Part shown: piece by piece, positions 11,940 to 24,874 of the stretch
Position numbering within the stretch: position 1 is the first letter of the stretch
Layout of the letters: each line of letters begins with the position of its first letter
Assembly (NCBI GenBank): GCA_964016885.1
Contig: OZ024742.1
Coordinates: forward strand, 291,338,001-291,402,000
Length of the DNA: 64,000 nucleotides
From: Eledone cirrhosa
Taxonomy: Eukaryota
Reading direction: 5' to 3'
Program-made: the position numbers and the translations under genes
Notes under the pieces: model-generated
The model's database searches: none
The model's input: the letters and a program-made list of their open reading frames with translations, nothing else
What the model was told of the DNA's origin: nothing

Positions 11940-13085
11940 TGGAATGGCTTGTGAGGACAGTGCAAACTTTGTACAGAGGTACTCTCAGTAAAGTCAGGGT
12001 AGGAATGGAGTTTAGTGAGGAATCCCAGATACAAGTAGGAGTACATCAGGGTTTGGTCCTCAGCCCGCTCTTGTTCATTATAGTCCTCCAAGCCATAACA
12101 GAGGAGTTTAAGACTGGCTGTCCATGGGAACTTCTCTATGCTGATGATCTGGTTCTTATAGCAGAATCAGTTGAGGAGATAGAGAATAAATTCTGGCTAT
12201 GGAAACAGCAGTTGGAAGCAAGAGGACTGAGAGTAAATCTAGCTAAGACAAAAGTGTTGATGAGTAGAAAAGAGGACAAAACCCTGATTCCGTCAGGAAA
12301 ATGGCCATGTTCGATATGCAGAAAAAGAACTGGCATAAATTCTATAAAATGCACACAATGCAGATCCTGGGTACACAAGAGATGTAGCGGGATAGCAGGC
12401 TAACTAACAGGTAGGGAGAAATATGTATGCAGTAGATGTACAGGGAAATTAGACAGTAGAAGTCGCACTGATAGACACATTTTTCAAATGCAAGAGGGCG
12501 CTACAGAGGTGGTGGATAGCTTCCGGTACCTAGGAGATCAGATTAGCATGGGTGGAGGGTGTTCCGAGGCCATAGAATAAGGACGGGTTGGAAGAAGTTT
12601 AGGGAGCTGCTTCCTCTGTTAACGAAGAAGGGTTTCTCCCTGCGTACGAAAGGCCGGTTGTATGATGCCTGCAGAGGATATGCGACGGCTGGAGAGAAAT
12701 GAGGCAAGCATGCTCCGTTGAATGTGCAGTGTAAATGTGCGTGAACGACCCAGCATAAATGTGTTGAGAGAGAAACTGTGTCTGAGAGGGATAGAATGTA
12801 GTGTACGGGAGAGGAGACCGAGGTGGTATGGACATGTGATGCGTATGGAGGATGACCGATGGGTGAAGAAGTGCCAGGAATTGCCAGTTGAAGGAAGACG
12901 TGGTAGAGGTAGACCACGAAAAACGTGGGCGGAGGTGGTGAGAATAGACCTCAGATCATTGAAGCTCACGGTGGAGATGACGAGGGACCGTGACGAGTGG
13001 AGAGATGCTGTGCTGAATAAGACCCGTCCCACGCTTGCAAGCAGGGAAAAGCGGACGTAAAATGATGATGATGATGATGATGATG
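11940..13085 (+). mobile_element. RTE LINE family C, 5'-truncated and decayed
   Basis: [19 protein letters not shown] and a PHD-like Cys cluster, followed by stops and deletions; very short 3'UTR and (GAT)n tail. Confidence 0.92.
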
Positions 13086-13285
13086 TGTATGTGTATGTAT
13101 GTGTGTATGTGTGTATGTGTGTATATATATATATGTGTGTATATATATATGTGTATATATATATATGTGTGTGTGTATATATATATATATATATGTGTGT
13201 ATATATATATGTGTATATATATATATATATGTGTGTGTATATATATATGTGTGTATATATATATATATGTGTGTTTATATATATA

Positions 13286-13316
<31 letters not shown>

Positions 13317-13349
13317 GTATATGTATATATGTGTGTGTATGTATATGTA

Positions 13350-13400
<51 letters not shown>

Positions 13401-13421
13401 GTGTATATATATATATGTATA

Positions 13422-13460
<39 letters not shown>

Positions 13461-13583
13461 ATATATGTGTGTATATGTGTGTGTGTATATATATATATGT
13501 GTGTGTTTGTATGTGTATATATATGTGTATATATATATATATATATGTGTATATATATATGTATATATATATATATGTGTTTA

Positions 13584-14226
13584 TATACTGATTAATGTTC
13601 AGAGCCATCCTCAGCATTCTCGTGTAGCACCCATCCACCATCTGAGTGAGTTTCTTAGTCAGTGTCCAAGTCTCAGACCCATACAGCAGCACAGACTCCA
13701 CTACAGCAATGAAGAGGCGAATTTTCAGGTCTCTACGAAGGTCCGACTTCCACACCGATCTCAAGCTGTGGCAAGCCGCCCAGGCCTTGCTCTTCCTCTC
13801 AACCACATCATCTTCCGTATTCCCAATCTTTGCTCCCAAATACAGGAAGCCCTCAACCAATTCTAGCGGCTTCCCGCCTACATTAGTGATCCCCTCTGAA
13901 CATTAATCAGTATACACTGAGGATGAAAAACTCAGAGCTGTATTGGAGCATCCCAAAAGTCAGCTCAAAAGTGACACAGAGGAGACTGAGGTTAGCTGGA
14001 CATGCTCACCAACATCCAGAGTTGACATTGCACTCAGTGCTCCTTTGGGAGTCCCTACATGGACACACTAGAAGAGGAAGACCAAGGGTAATGTATGTTG
14101 ATGCCCTAAGGACAGACGCTGGTCTGTTGGAGACGCAGGACATGGCAGCGATAATGAGGGACAGAGACCGCTGGAGAGAACTCGTCCATGGATCTCGAGA
14201 ATTTTACCCGCCTTAGATAGATAGAT
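13584..14226 (+). mobile_element. RTE-like LINE family D, 3' fragment with inverted 5' segment
   Basis: Minus strand 13584-13893 encodes FLYLG...[10 protein letters not shown]...RMALNINQY; plus strand 13894-14216 continues LNINQY...RRLRLAGH...RRGRPR...DRDRW; (TAGA)n tail. Confidence 0.9.
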
Positions 14227-14687
14227 GTGTTTATATATATATATGTGTATAGATATATATATATGTATCTGTGTTTGTGAATGTGTCTGTTGACACTTGG
14301 AATATAGCTTAAGAGAAACTTGAAGATAATGGTATGATAGGCACTCAATATTTTGAACTGGTCTATAGAATTCTCTAAGCATTTGTCACTCTAAGTAGAA
14401 CCTTAAAGAATTTCCCTTTTCTTTAAATCCGTCAACCATGACCGACCCCCAAAGATCTTATAGACACCTGAAATATAGGCATTGTTAGCTTAAGAGAAAC
14501 TTAAAAATAAGGAGTGGCACCACATTCTGAACTTGATTATAGAATTCTTTCTGCCTTTGTTACTCTAAATATAAATTATAGCTTTTTAGCTTTTAATGAA
14601 TTCCCTTTTCTATCAACCAATGACCTCTACCCATCCCACTCCCTACCCAAAGAGACCTATAAATACCATATTTATTTTTTGATACCC

Positions 14688-14738
14688 AGATTCCTGATAA
14701 TTTCTAAAGAATGAAACAATTCTAGTCCTGTAGAATCT
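14688..14738 (+). ncRNA. hammerhead ribozyme-like motif with G8A core change (probably inactive)
   Basis: agattc-CTGATAA-t-ttc taaa gaa-t-GAAA-ca...tg-TA-gaatct; same family as 59654-59697. Confidence 0.6.
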
Positions 14739-14837
14739 CATCTATATTAAAACTTTTATACTCTGCTATGTATTGAGTACCTTACTTACTGTAGTTACCT
14801 CCGATTCAACCCGGAATAACGTATATATATATATATA

Positions 14838-15065
14838 TATTATTTATGTTCATACACAGAACAAAAATGCTACCTAAGGTTTCAAAGCCCAATATTGACC
14901 ATATCTCCAAAATGTAAGAGTGACCAAAATTGTGACCTATCTACAGGCACTTATAAACTCATATAACTGCCAGAAGATAGGTCACAATTTTTATCACTCT
15001 TACATTTTGGAGATATGGTCAATATTGGGCCACGAAACCTTGTGTATGAACATAAATAAATAATA
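14838..15065. mobile_element. hairpin/foldback MITE
   Basis: Complementary arms tatttatgttcatacaca / tgtgtatgaacataaata and gcccaatattgaccatatctccaaaatgtaagagtga / tcactcttacattttggagatatggtcaatattgggc. Confidence 0.75.
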
Positions 15066-15227
15066 GATTTCTGTTCTCTTTTTGATTGAGCCCAGTTTTC
15101 CATTTTCACACCTACGGATATTATTACACACAGACATGCATGCACTATATATCAGATACGGTGTGGTAAAAATCTGGTAGACCATAATCCACCAGAGTAC
15201 TCGATACTTGGGGTAGTAGAGTAGGTA

Positions 15228-15550
15228 ATATGAAAAGATTCAGGACCCCGATGGCTGAGCTCTGGCCATTTCGACAGCTAGATCCGAACTAAAGCGCCAG
15301 TATTCGAAGAGCGAGAATCTAGTTGAACTTATCAAGGTGTATAATCCATATATGGGCAGACAGTCATGGCAAAAAAATCTTAAAAGTTCTCTCATTGTTC
15401 TTTTTTCTTTTTGAATCTAATGTAGCTAAGTACAATGCCATTTTTTTTTACAGATTAGAAATATTTGATAAGGAAAAATTCTCTTAATAGCATTCGAATA
15501 CTGGCACTTTAGTTCGGATCTAGCTGTGGGGGTCCTGAATATTTTCATAT
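15228..15550. mobile_element. MITE with long terminal inverted repeats
   Basis: atatgaaaagattcaggacccc...acagctagatccgaactaaagcgccagtattcgaa versus ttcgaatactggcactttagttcggatctagctgt...ggggtcctgaatattttcatat. Confidence 0.75.
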
Positions 15551-15561
15551 ATATATATATA

Positions 15562-16842
15562 TCTATACTATAAAGCTGACGGCCATGTAGGTCACAAACT
15601 TTCCGCCAAACAGCACCAAATTTGCACCATAGATGTAACTTTTTCCAAGTAAAAAAGTGAGGGTATTTTTGTCTACTGAATTTTGTTAAAAGATTAAAGA
15701 CATTATTTAAATATTCACTTCTTTAAAATTTCAAATGTCAACACTTCCGGTTATACGTCATTCCTCACTTTTTCTTATGACGTTGCACAACATTCCCCCC
15801 TTTTTCTTAGTCTGTATGTCTGCATTTGATAACGTTTTTCGAAATATTTACTTCTGCGTTCACAGACTGATTTTTTTAAGTTTCAGAAGATCCCATTAAG
15901 GGTGAAAGCAGCGATTCTTTGCTTAAACTTTAATCTGTTATTTTAATATATATATTCGTGTACAGATATTTTTGCATACACAAAAACACAGACAGCTTAT
16001 CATCATTGTTACTGTTCGAGGACCAGTCTTTCCAAGATCTGAGAACCATCAATGTTCCACTTACCGTTTGGCTTGCCAGATGCATGGTATGTTACATGAT
16101 GACAGCCATTGGCACCTCACCCTGCAAGAAGCAGCAACTGCTAAATTCCCTTCTCAGCTGCGAAACCTTTTTGCTATTATGCTGCACAACTGCGATCTCG
16201 CCGACCCGCTCACAATGTGGAACAACCACCGCGAAAGTCTAGCTGAGGACATCCTCCACCGCACACGCAGACACAATCCAAACGTAACATACGATGTCGT
16301 TTTCAATGAGGTGCTCATTTGTCTTGAAAACAGTGTCCTGGAGATTGGTGGTAGGCCTTTAAGTCACTACAGCTTACCTGCTCCTGACAGGAGTGTCCAG
16401 AGGTCAACGTCTACAGAGCTTCTCCGCGAGACGAGCTACGAGATCAGTAATTCTCCTATGGTCAATTGCATGTAGGATGCTCTAGGGTGAGCTCGCCAAA
16501 CAATCTCTTTGGAGGGCCAAACAAAAAGTATTGTATACTCTGAGGCTCTAACAATGTAATTTAAATATTTTCTGTTACTTGGAATTTCCATTATGGTTGT
16601 ACAAATTATTGTTTCTTAAAAAATTTGTTCTCTGTTCAGCCTTTATTGTTATAACTATCAATTTTCTTTAACGTACTGGCTGCTGAACTGAGGAATCATA
16701 AAAACTATTCAAGCCCAACATCAGAGCACGTTACCCCCCCTCCCCCTCGCTGACTTGAGAGGGCGTGCGGTATCTTTGCGCTGGAGTGGAGGGGGGGAAT
16801 CCTGAAAAGATAAAATGCCGGTATACCTAGCCTGGCCAGCTA

Positions 16843-16843
<1 letters not shown>
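15562..16843 (+). mobile_element. internally deleted Helitron with Rep/helicase remnants
   Basis: A|TCTATACTATAAA 5' end and CTAG|T 3' end within (TA)n. Remnant peptides SFQDLRT, TYRLAC..GMLHDDSHW..TLQEA..QLRNLFA, FSYGQLHVGCSRV and TKSIVYSEAL are typical of the Helitron Pif1 helicase. Confidence 0.9.
15878..15930 (+). ncRNA. hammerhead-like motif with CAGANGA core; related copies at 36192-36242 (+), 40881-40931 (+), 54630-54680 (-), half copy 11350-11396 (-)
   Basis: aagttt-CAGAAGA-t-ccc attaa ggg-t-GAAA-gcag cgattct ttgc-TT-aaactt. Confidence 0.6.
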
Positions 16844-16883
<40 letters not shown>

Positions 16884-17329
16884 TAGATATAGATAATAAT
16901 ATATGTAGGAAAAAGGAAAGCACTGCTCAATCAGGATGAGAGCAGAAATATATTTCTTCAATGTACTGTGTCATTTTCTTTGTTATTTATGTTTACTTTT
17001 TACATATATATATATTTCCATGCATACATATATATATACACAAGCCCATATGTAGGTAAATACATATGATTTTACTTTTATAAATTACACCTTTTATAAA
17101 TTACACACTTTTATAAATTGCACCTTGTATACTGTATAATGCAAAGTAAAGATTTTTTGAAGACTTTATCCCATAAATTGAACACATCAGAAATTTGGTT
17201 TATTTCATATTTTATTGCACATAATAACATTCAGAAAAACCTTTTGTATAATTATAAAATAATAGAAAAAGCCATATTTCACAAAAGTAAAATATAAACC
17301 AACATGTGCTTTTGTTATAGTGCACTATC

Positions 17330-17367
<38 letters not shown>

Positions 17368-18172
17368 ACGTATGCATGTATTTGTGTGTGTATATATATA
17401 TATATATACACATACATATACACACATATATATATACATAAACACACATATATATATATAAACACACATATATATATACATATATATATATATATACATA
17501 TATAAACACATATATATATAAACACATATATATATATTTATTATATTATAGTGAACTATGATATAAATATATATAGTGTAATATATTACATATTACATAA
17601 TATAGAGTACTATATATTATGATGTACTATATATTATATATTATACTGAACTACATACACATATATATATATATATACATATTAAAATATATATAAAGAA
17701 GTGTGAGATACTTCTACATGTATTATGAGATAAAGACAGTTGTTCACATCCAATATCTTTGTTGGAATAACAGAGATATCATTTAAATAATTGATAAGAT
17801 ACATAAAAAGCTAAATTTACAATATAAATTGAATCCTTTGTGATTTCGTATTTTCCCCCTCATAGAAATCTTTCTCTTATGGCTAGTTGTAAAAAAAAAA
17901 GAGAGAGGAGCCAATCACAATTCATGGCAGAAGACAGGATTTGAATTCAGAATGCACAAAGTCAGATTAGACACAACAAAGCATCGTGTCTGATTCTATA
18001 GTAATTCTGCCAATCCTTCTTCCCTGTACTGCTACTTTTAATTAAAGAATGAAAGGCAAATTTGTCCGTAACCGGATTTGAACTCAGAGAACAGAGAGCT
18101 AGAACAAATAGCAGCATTTTGTTGTTCTAATCACTGTCAATTTACTCTCTCTCCAGTTGAAGATTATTATTA

Positions 18173-18532
18173 TTAACACTTAGCATCCTGTAATGATTTA
18201 GCAGAAACTATCGAAAAATGTGTTTGTTAATTCAAATGTTTATAGTGTCATAACTAGTAGACAGATTGTTGCGAGAAATTGCAATATTAGAGTAAATATT
18301 TTAATTTCAAAGTGATGCAGGCCTTGTACTTTTCAAGAATGCTTTGCTAATGAGGTTTCATGTGGTTTGTTAATACACATTTTTATAGTATCTTTACCAG
18401 TGGACAGATTGTTGTGAACAGTTGCAGTATTAGACATTAATTTTTAATGTCATGCAGTCATAATGCTTTTTTTGTACTTTTCAAGAATGTCTAGCTAATG
18501 TGATTTCATATGGTACAAGGCGTTAAGAGTTT
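18173..18532. mobile_element. TTAA-associated MITE family; relatives near 22878-23057, 27270-27720, 28615-28702, 50340-50540
   Basis: Family ends resemble aactcttaacatcctg / caggatgttaagagtt; shared interior tttatagtatctttactagtggacagattgttgtg. Confidence 0.55.
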
Positions 18533-21062
18533 ATACAGTTGATAATAATATTTATTATAAAAAACAACTGGAAGGAAAAGTTTATTTATTTCATAGAACA
18601 AGTGTGTTTAATTTAGACTTTCATCACTAGAATGTATGTATGTTATGATGAAAGAAAAAAACCCCCCAAAACTATGCAGTTGGTTTCTTTTCAAATTAAG
18701 TTTAGAATAAATAAATAATTATAAACAAAACAATGGTGGCTTTTAAATATCGCAGTATACTGTGAATATTATTATTATTAACACCCCCCACCCCACCCCT
18801 GTTTGATCTGCTCCGGTGAATCATGAAACAATAAATATATTAAAAATAATGCAAATAATGCAGTATAGTTTACATGAAAGCATTCTGAAATATGTGGTTA
18901 GGAGGTTAGGATTGTTTTAGGAAAAGCTGATACAATGCAAATTAGAAAAAAATTGAAGTGAAAACATGAGTACAATAAGACAAACAAAATAAAACAAAAC
19001 AGTTCACACTTCTACCATATATTTCATGATATTATCACACTATTTCTTTTATTTAAAAAAGAAAAGGTCAAGAAATATAAGGTAAAAGTGTAAAATGTTG
19101 TTTTGTCTTGTTTTCCTTACATTATTCCTGTATTTCTAACATGAATTGTACTAGTTTTCTGAAAACAATACAGATAATATTTCATACTTTTAGTTAGAAA
19201 ACATATTCAGTTTCTCATATGTTAATACAAAAAACAAAAAGTGTATTTCCAAGAAATGATAAGCAAAGTGAAAATTTTCTTATAAATCTTTTAAATTCTA
19301 TCCTAAAAATTAATAATAAACAAAATAATAAGTAATTGCATAGGAAAAATATTTCCACTTTGGGAGAATGGAAATATTGGAAATTTCCTTGAGCAGATGA
19401 CTCAAATTAATTTGGTTTTCTTTTCTATGATATTATTATCTAATCAATATATATATATATATATAATATTAGAACACTAATGGAAATTGTCAGAGAATAT
19501 TTTTTTGGATTAGAATGATGAAATATAAATAATAAAAGACTTCCTAAAAGAACAAAGGTTTATTTCTAATTTTCTGTGTCTTATGAATTTTAAAATAATA
19601 TTTAATTAAAATTTTTGTTTGTGGGGGAAAATGTTTACTTCTATTTTGGTCTTAAGAAATGGTAAAAATAAAACTCCCAACAGCTGACATAATTCAATAT
19701 CAGAGTTCAATAACAGGTTTTTCTTATAACAAATTCAACACCTAATTTTACATTACAAACACACACACATATACATGCATACATACAGACAGACACACAC
19801 AGCATATACTTGTGTATAAGTCGTAGCACATATATTTTTTTAGGTCCAGTAAATTAGTAACATGCCTTTTTTAACAATTATTCATAAAAGAGGTGCGACT
19901 TATACTAAATTACATATGGTATATACACACACATATATATATATCCTTATCATCATTGTGCAGCTATTTTTCTTTTATGCTGGCATGGATCTGACTCCAC
20001 ACACACACACTTGTGTCTGTGTGTGTGTGTATATATATATAGGAATAGGAAGGGCACCAAGCCTCAGAAACCATATTAAAATATAGAATGTGGTTTCCTG
20101 ACACATCTAGCCTTGGACTGTAATGACCCAACTAACCTAAGCCTGCATGGAAAGCAGACATAAAATAATTGTTTCTACTTTAGACACAAGGCCAGCAATT
20201 ACCCAGTGCATTACTGGTACTTTATTTTATCGACCCCGTAAGGATGAAAGGCAAAGTCAACCTCGGCGGGATTTGAACTCAGATCGCAAAGCAGACATAA
20301 AATAATTGTTTCTACTTTAGGCACAAGGCCAGCAATTACCCAGTTCATTACTGGTACTTTATTTTATCGACCCCGTGAGGATGAAAGGCAAAGTCAACCT
20401 CGGCGGGATTTGAACTCAGATCGTAAAGGGACGTAACTATGCTGGGATATGATATAACATATATATATAGCGAAATGCACATCATTACTCAATAAATGTA
20501 ATGAAGACATAACAAATTGTTCTTTTTATTATATATATATATATATATATATATACATACATACATATACAGGTATAAATGTACATATATATATGAGTAT
20601 ACACATTATATGTATATATGTGCATTACTCTCACAGCACAGGTACACAGATAAACAATTTGTTAATGAATGTGGATGCAATTTTATTTATTTATTCATTC
20701 ATTTTTGAAAGACATCATTTGTTTAAGTGTGGATTGTTCATGAAACTTCTGTTGGAGGTTATAAGTTCAGGAACATTTTCCCTTCATCCTTTGAGGCTAT
20801 GAATTCAGGATTACTTACCCTACCCTCTTGCGCCAACTACCCCGCATTCAAGTGTCATTATTCCCACCCCCCTGCCAGATTATAAAATTTGTTCCATTGA
20901 ATATATTTCAGATTTGTTCATCGCCATCGCCACATACTCAGTGAAGCCTATTCACTGACTGACCTACCCCACATCCCACCAGGCTCTCCTTTCCCACCAA
21001 ACAGAAGCTAAACCATCCACAACTTCATGGAAACACACAGGGGAGCAAATACTGAAAAGTCA

Positions 21063-21315
21063 GAATTGTTTTAGGAAAGCTAGTACAATGTAAGTTAGAA
21101 ATACAGAAAACTAGAGTAAAGTAGGATAAACAAAACAAAACAACTGTTTTACCTTATATTTTATGGTATTTTGGGGTTAAGATAAAGGGGTCTTAACACT
21201 GAAATATTATGAAATATAAGGTAACAATTGTAAACTAGTTTTCTCTTGTCTTACTCTACATCAGTTTTTACTCCTTTATTTCTACTTTTTACTTACTTTC
21301 TTAAAATAATCCTAA
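21063..21315. mobile_element. imperfect palindromic MITE; relatives at 18910-19170 and about 32130-32250
   Basis: attgttttaggaaagctagtacaat end and accttatattttat / atgaaatataaggt internal inverted arms. Confidence 0.55.
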
Positions 21316-21437
21316 ATACATACTAAAAAAGTCAAAAGAAAAAGTCTTAAACTGCTTCCCACCCCATCTGCTAAATTTAAGGGTATCAACCCAGAAATAT
21401 TCCCACTTCTAAACAAACTGCCCTATAAATCAATATA

Positions 21438-21543
21438 TTTTGAGATTTTAATGTGAAAGCCCCCTACTGCTTTCAGATTTTACTGTAAAGGCCCCCTAAA
21501 TCTTGAGATTTTACTGTGAAAGGCCCCTACTGCTTTGAGATTT
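21438..21543. repeat. about 32-bp minisatellite, three units
   Basis: ttgagattttactgtgaaaggcccctactgct-like units. Confidence 0.75.
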
Positions 21544-22086
21544 AGATCTGATGCCACAAATTTAAAGATCTTAGATTCTACAAGTTAGTATGAGCAATAC
21601 CTAAACATACTAAAATTCAATATATGTAGATATATGTAAATGTCATGTGGGTGTGTGTAAGGTTAAGTTGATTGTCATGATATAAACAATAAAAGACATG
21701 AGTAAACTGAGGCAGAGATTATATAATGATGGATCCAGTAAGACTGTATAGATTAGTGGATCCAGCAAAGAAAACAGTAAACTGTATCAGGGACTATATA
21801 AAGTGGTAGGATCATGGAGAGGAAGAATGTAAACTGTGCTAGTTAGTGTATATAGTGGTGGATCCAGAGACAGTGTATCAATTATATCCAGATAAGAAGT
21901 TAAACTGTAACAGTAACTATGAATTGATGGATCCAAGGGGATTGTATGTGATTGATCCAGATAAGAAGCTAAAGTCTAGTTATAAAACACAAATTTAAAA
22001 TAGCTATCCAAAGGATTGAACCCCCCCCCAACCCTTGTAAATTATATTAGTGGCTCAGAGTTCAGTAGGGTAGTTGGTGGTGATGG

Positions 22087-22130
<44 letters not shown>

Positions 22131-24874
22131 TTACTACTACATAAGAATATCTATTAAGATGTGGACAGTTAATAGAGCCCAAAAATCAGTTGAAAACATA
22201 AATAAATAATGTTAAGCTATTAGCTATACAAAAATATATATTGTTAAAAAAATCAAACAAACAATAACAATGCAATTCTTGGAATGAATAATGTATTTAA
22301 AAATCCTGAAAAATCACATTAAATCTGCTTTTCAATTTGTTAATATACTGACCATTGACCTGATTGAAGACTGGGTTTATTGATAGTTGTTCTAATGTTT
22401 AAAGGGAAAAATTCCCGATTTTAACCTAACGAATTATATATACACAGTGTATGTGTGTGTGTATATATATATATTTTATACTTATTGGATTCTGATCTAA
22501 GGAAGAACTAAATATTTATAATAGAATATTGTATAAGCAGATTTATGCCTATCTTTACAACATGGCCATGATGAATCAGTGAAGAGTGTTTCCTAAGCTT
22601 CATCAGAGATTTTGCTGAAACATTGTGGCCTCAATGTAAAGGAGATATATATATGTGTGTATAATGCTGTAAATAATTTTCTAAATAGCAGAGAACCATA
22701 ACATTTTAGTACCTTAATATGACTAAATGATCACCTTTCTTGGGTGAAAACTGTGTAAAAGAGATCTGTGTTACAGTGTGATGGGGTGGTGCCATGATAA
22801 TATAACCAAAACATCAATATCATATCCAGTATAGCTCTTGATCACGGGGAGTCAAATTAGTTTTTGAAAAAATTTCACTCTTAACATCCTGCAATGATTT
22901 AGCAGAAAATACCTAAAAATAGCTTTGTTGATTCATATGTTTATAGTATCTTTACTAGTGGACAGATTGTTGTGAAAATTTGCAGTATTAGAGTAAAGAC
23001 TTTAAATTTTAATGCCAGCTAATGTGGTTTCATGCAGTACAGGACGTTAAGGGTTAAAGACACCCAGACTAGTTTTTCAGAAGTGGATGGAGGTTTATAA
23101 CCCATGTTTGGGAAACTATTTGTGCAGTACATATGCACATAACAATAATGCATATATATATATATAATTTGTGCGTGTGTGTGTATGATGCGTGAACCTA
23201 TGAAGAGACCCCAATCTTATTTGAAGGAAAACAATACATATTTATTTCATTGTGTGTGTGGAGTATGTATCAACTATACTAATTTCTACCAGTAATATTA
23301 CAAAAAGTATAATCACTGGTGATAACATCACAATGCAGTACACACACACACATAAATATATATACACATATATGAATGTTGAAATGAACAGTGACTAGTG
23401 TGTATGCTTGTGTGTGTGAACAGTGAGTGTATATATATAAATTATTTTGGTCATTACACTACTTAATTGTAGTTAACGAATAAACTTAATCATGAAAAGA
23501 GGAGGGAAAGCCACATCCCTCTCCCGCCTACTCCTAAACATGCTCAACTAAAGATAGAGCTTTAAGTGGTTTGAGGGAAGATTAGAGAAACAATGATGAT
23601 AATAATAATAATAATTGTTTCTACTTTAGGCACAAGGCCAGCAATTACCCAGTTCATTACTGGTACTTTATTTTATTGACCCCGTAAGGATGAAAGGCAA
23701 AGTTAATCGTGGCGGGATTTGAACTCAGACTGTAAAGGGACGTAACTATGCTAGAAAGCATGGCGTCCAACCCTCTACCGATACTGCCAATTCACCAATA
23801 ATGCTTTCTTTATTAACCACAAGGGTTTACACAAAGTAAGACATTAAGGACAGTACAGGACTCTTCCAGAGATCCAGGGATCCAATTGTGGGACTAGTTT
23901 CCAATACTACTGTAACCCCACAGAGGATATTTTTTAAAATATTGTCTCTTTCCTTTCTTTCTTTTTCATGCACAAGGCCAACGTCTTTTTTGGGGTAGCG
24001 GTGGTGGAGTCAATTAAATCGAACCCAGTGTATTATTTGGGGTAGCGGTGGTGGAGTCAATTAAATCGAACCCAGTGTATTATTTTATCAACCTTGTAAG
24101 GTTGAAAGGCAAAGCTAACTTTGGTGGGATTAGAACTCAGAATGTAAAGGTATGTAGCTATATGCCGAAAAGCATGTTGTCTGGCGCTCTACCAATATTG
24201 TCAATCCACCACCCTAAAAATAATAATAGTTTCTAATTTAGACACAAGGTTAGCAATTTGGGAGGGAGGGCTATATCAATTATAGACCTCAGTATTTGAC
24301 CAGTACTTTGTTTTGTCAACACTGGAAGGACAAAAGGCAAAGTTGACCTTAGTGGGACTTGATCTCAGAACTTAAAGAACTGGAACACATACTGCAAAGC
24401 ATTTTTGTTCAATGCTCCAGTAACTGTGCCAATCCATTACCCTCATTATAATAATAATAATGTGATACAGGAGTAAGAAGAAGATGAGGGAGTATGTTTA
24501 AATTAAGTAGTGTACAATAATATAAATATATATGTTTATATATATAATTATCTATATATGTATACATATAGTTAAGTTATTGTCACACACATTCACACAC
24601 ACACAGATCAAAATAAAATGTGCGATTGTTTTAGTTGGCACTAATATTTAATTTAACAAAATGGATGGTTCTTAAACCACTAAGAGTCTCTTGGGTGTCT
24701 TTCTTTCTGGCAGTGAAATTCTACCAAAGCAATCTATCTCATCTTCTCGTTAACACCACACACACATACACATGTACACACATACACAAACCACGATTAT
24801 ATTTATTTTTGTTGCTGCTGTTATAGATTTTTGGCTCTGATTAATCTCAAGAATTTGTTTCTCCAGAAATTTAC

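Noticed and set aside
22570-22615. CTGATGA...GAAA on the minus strand as a hammerhead
   Set aside because: No convincing stems I, II or III.
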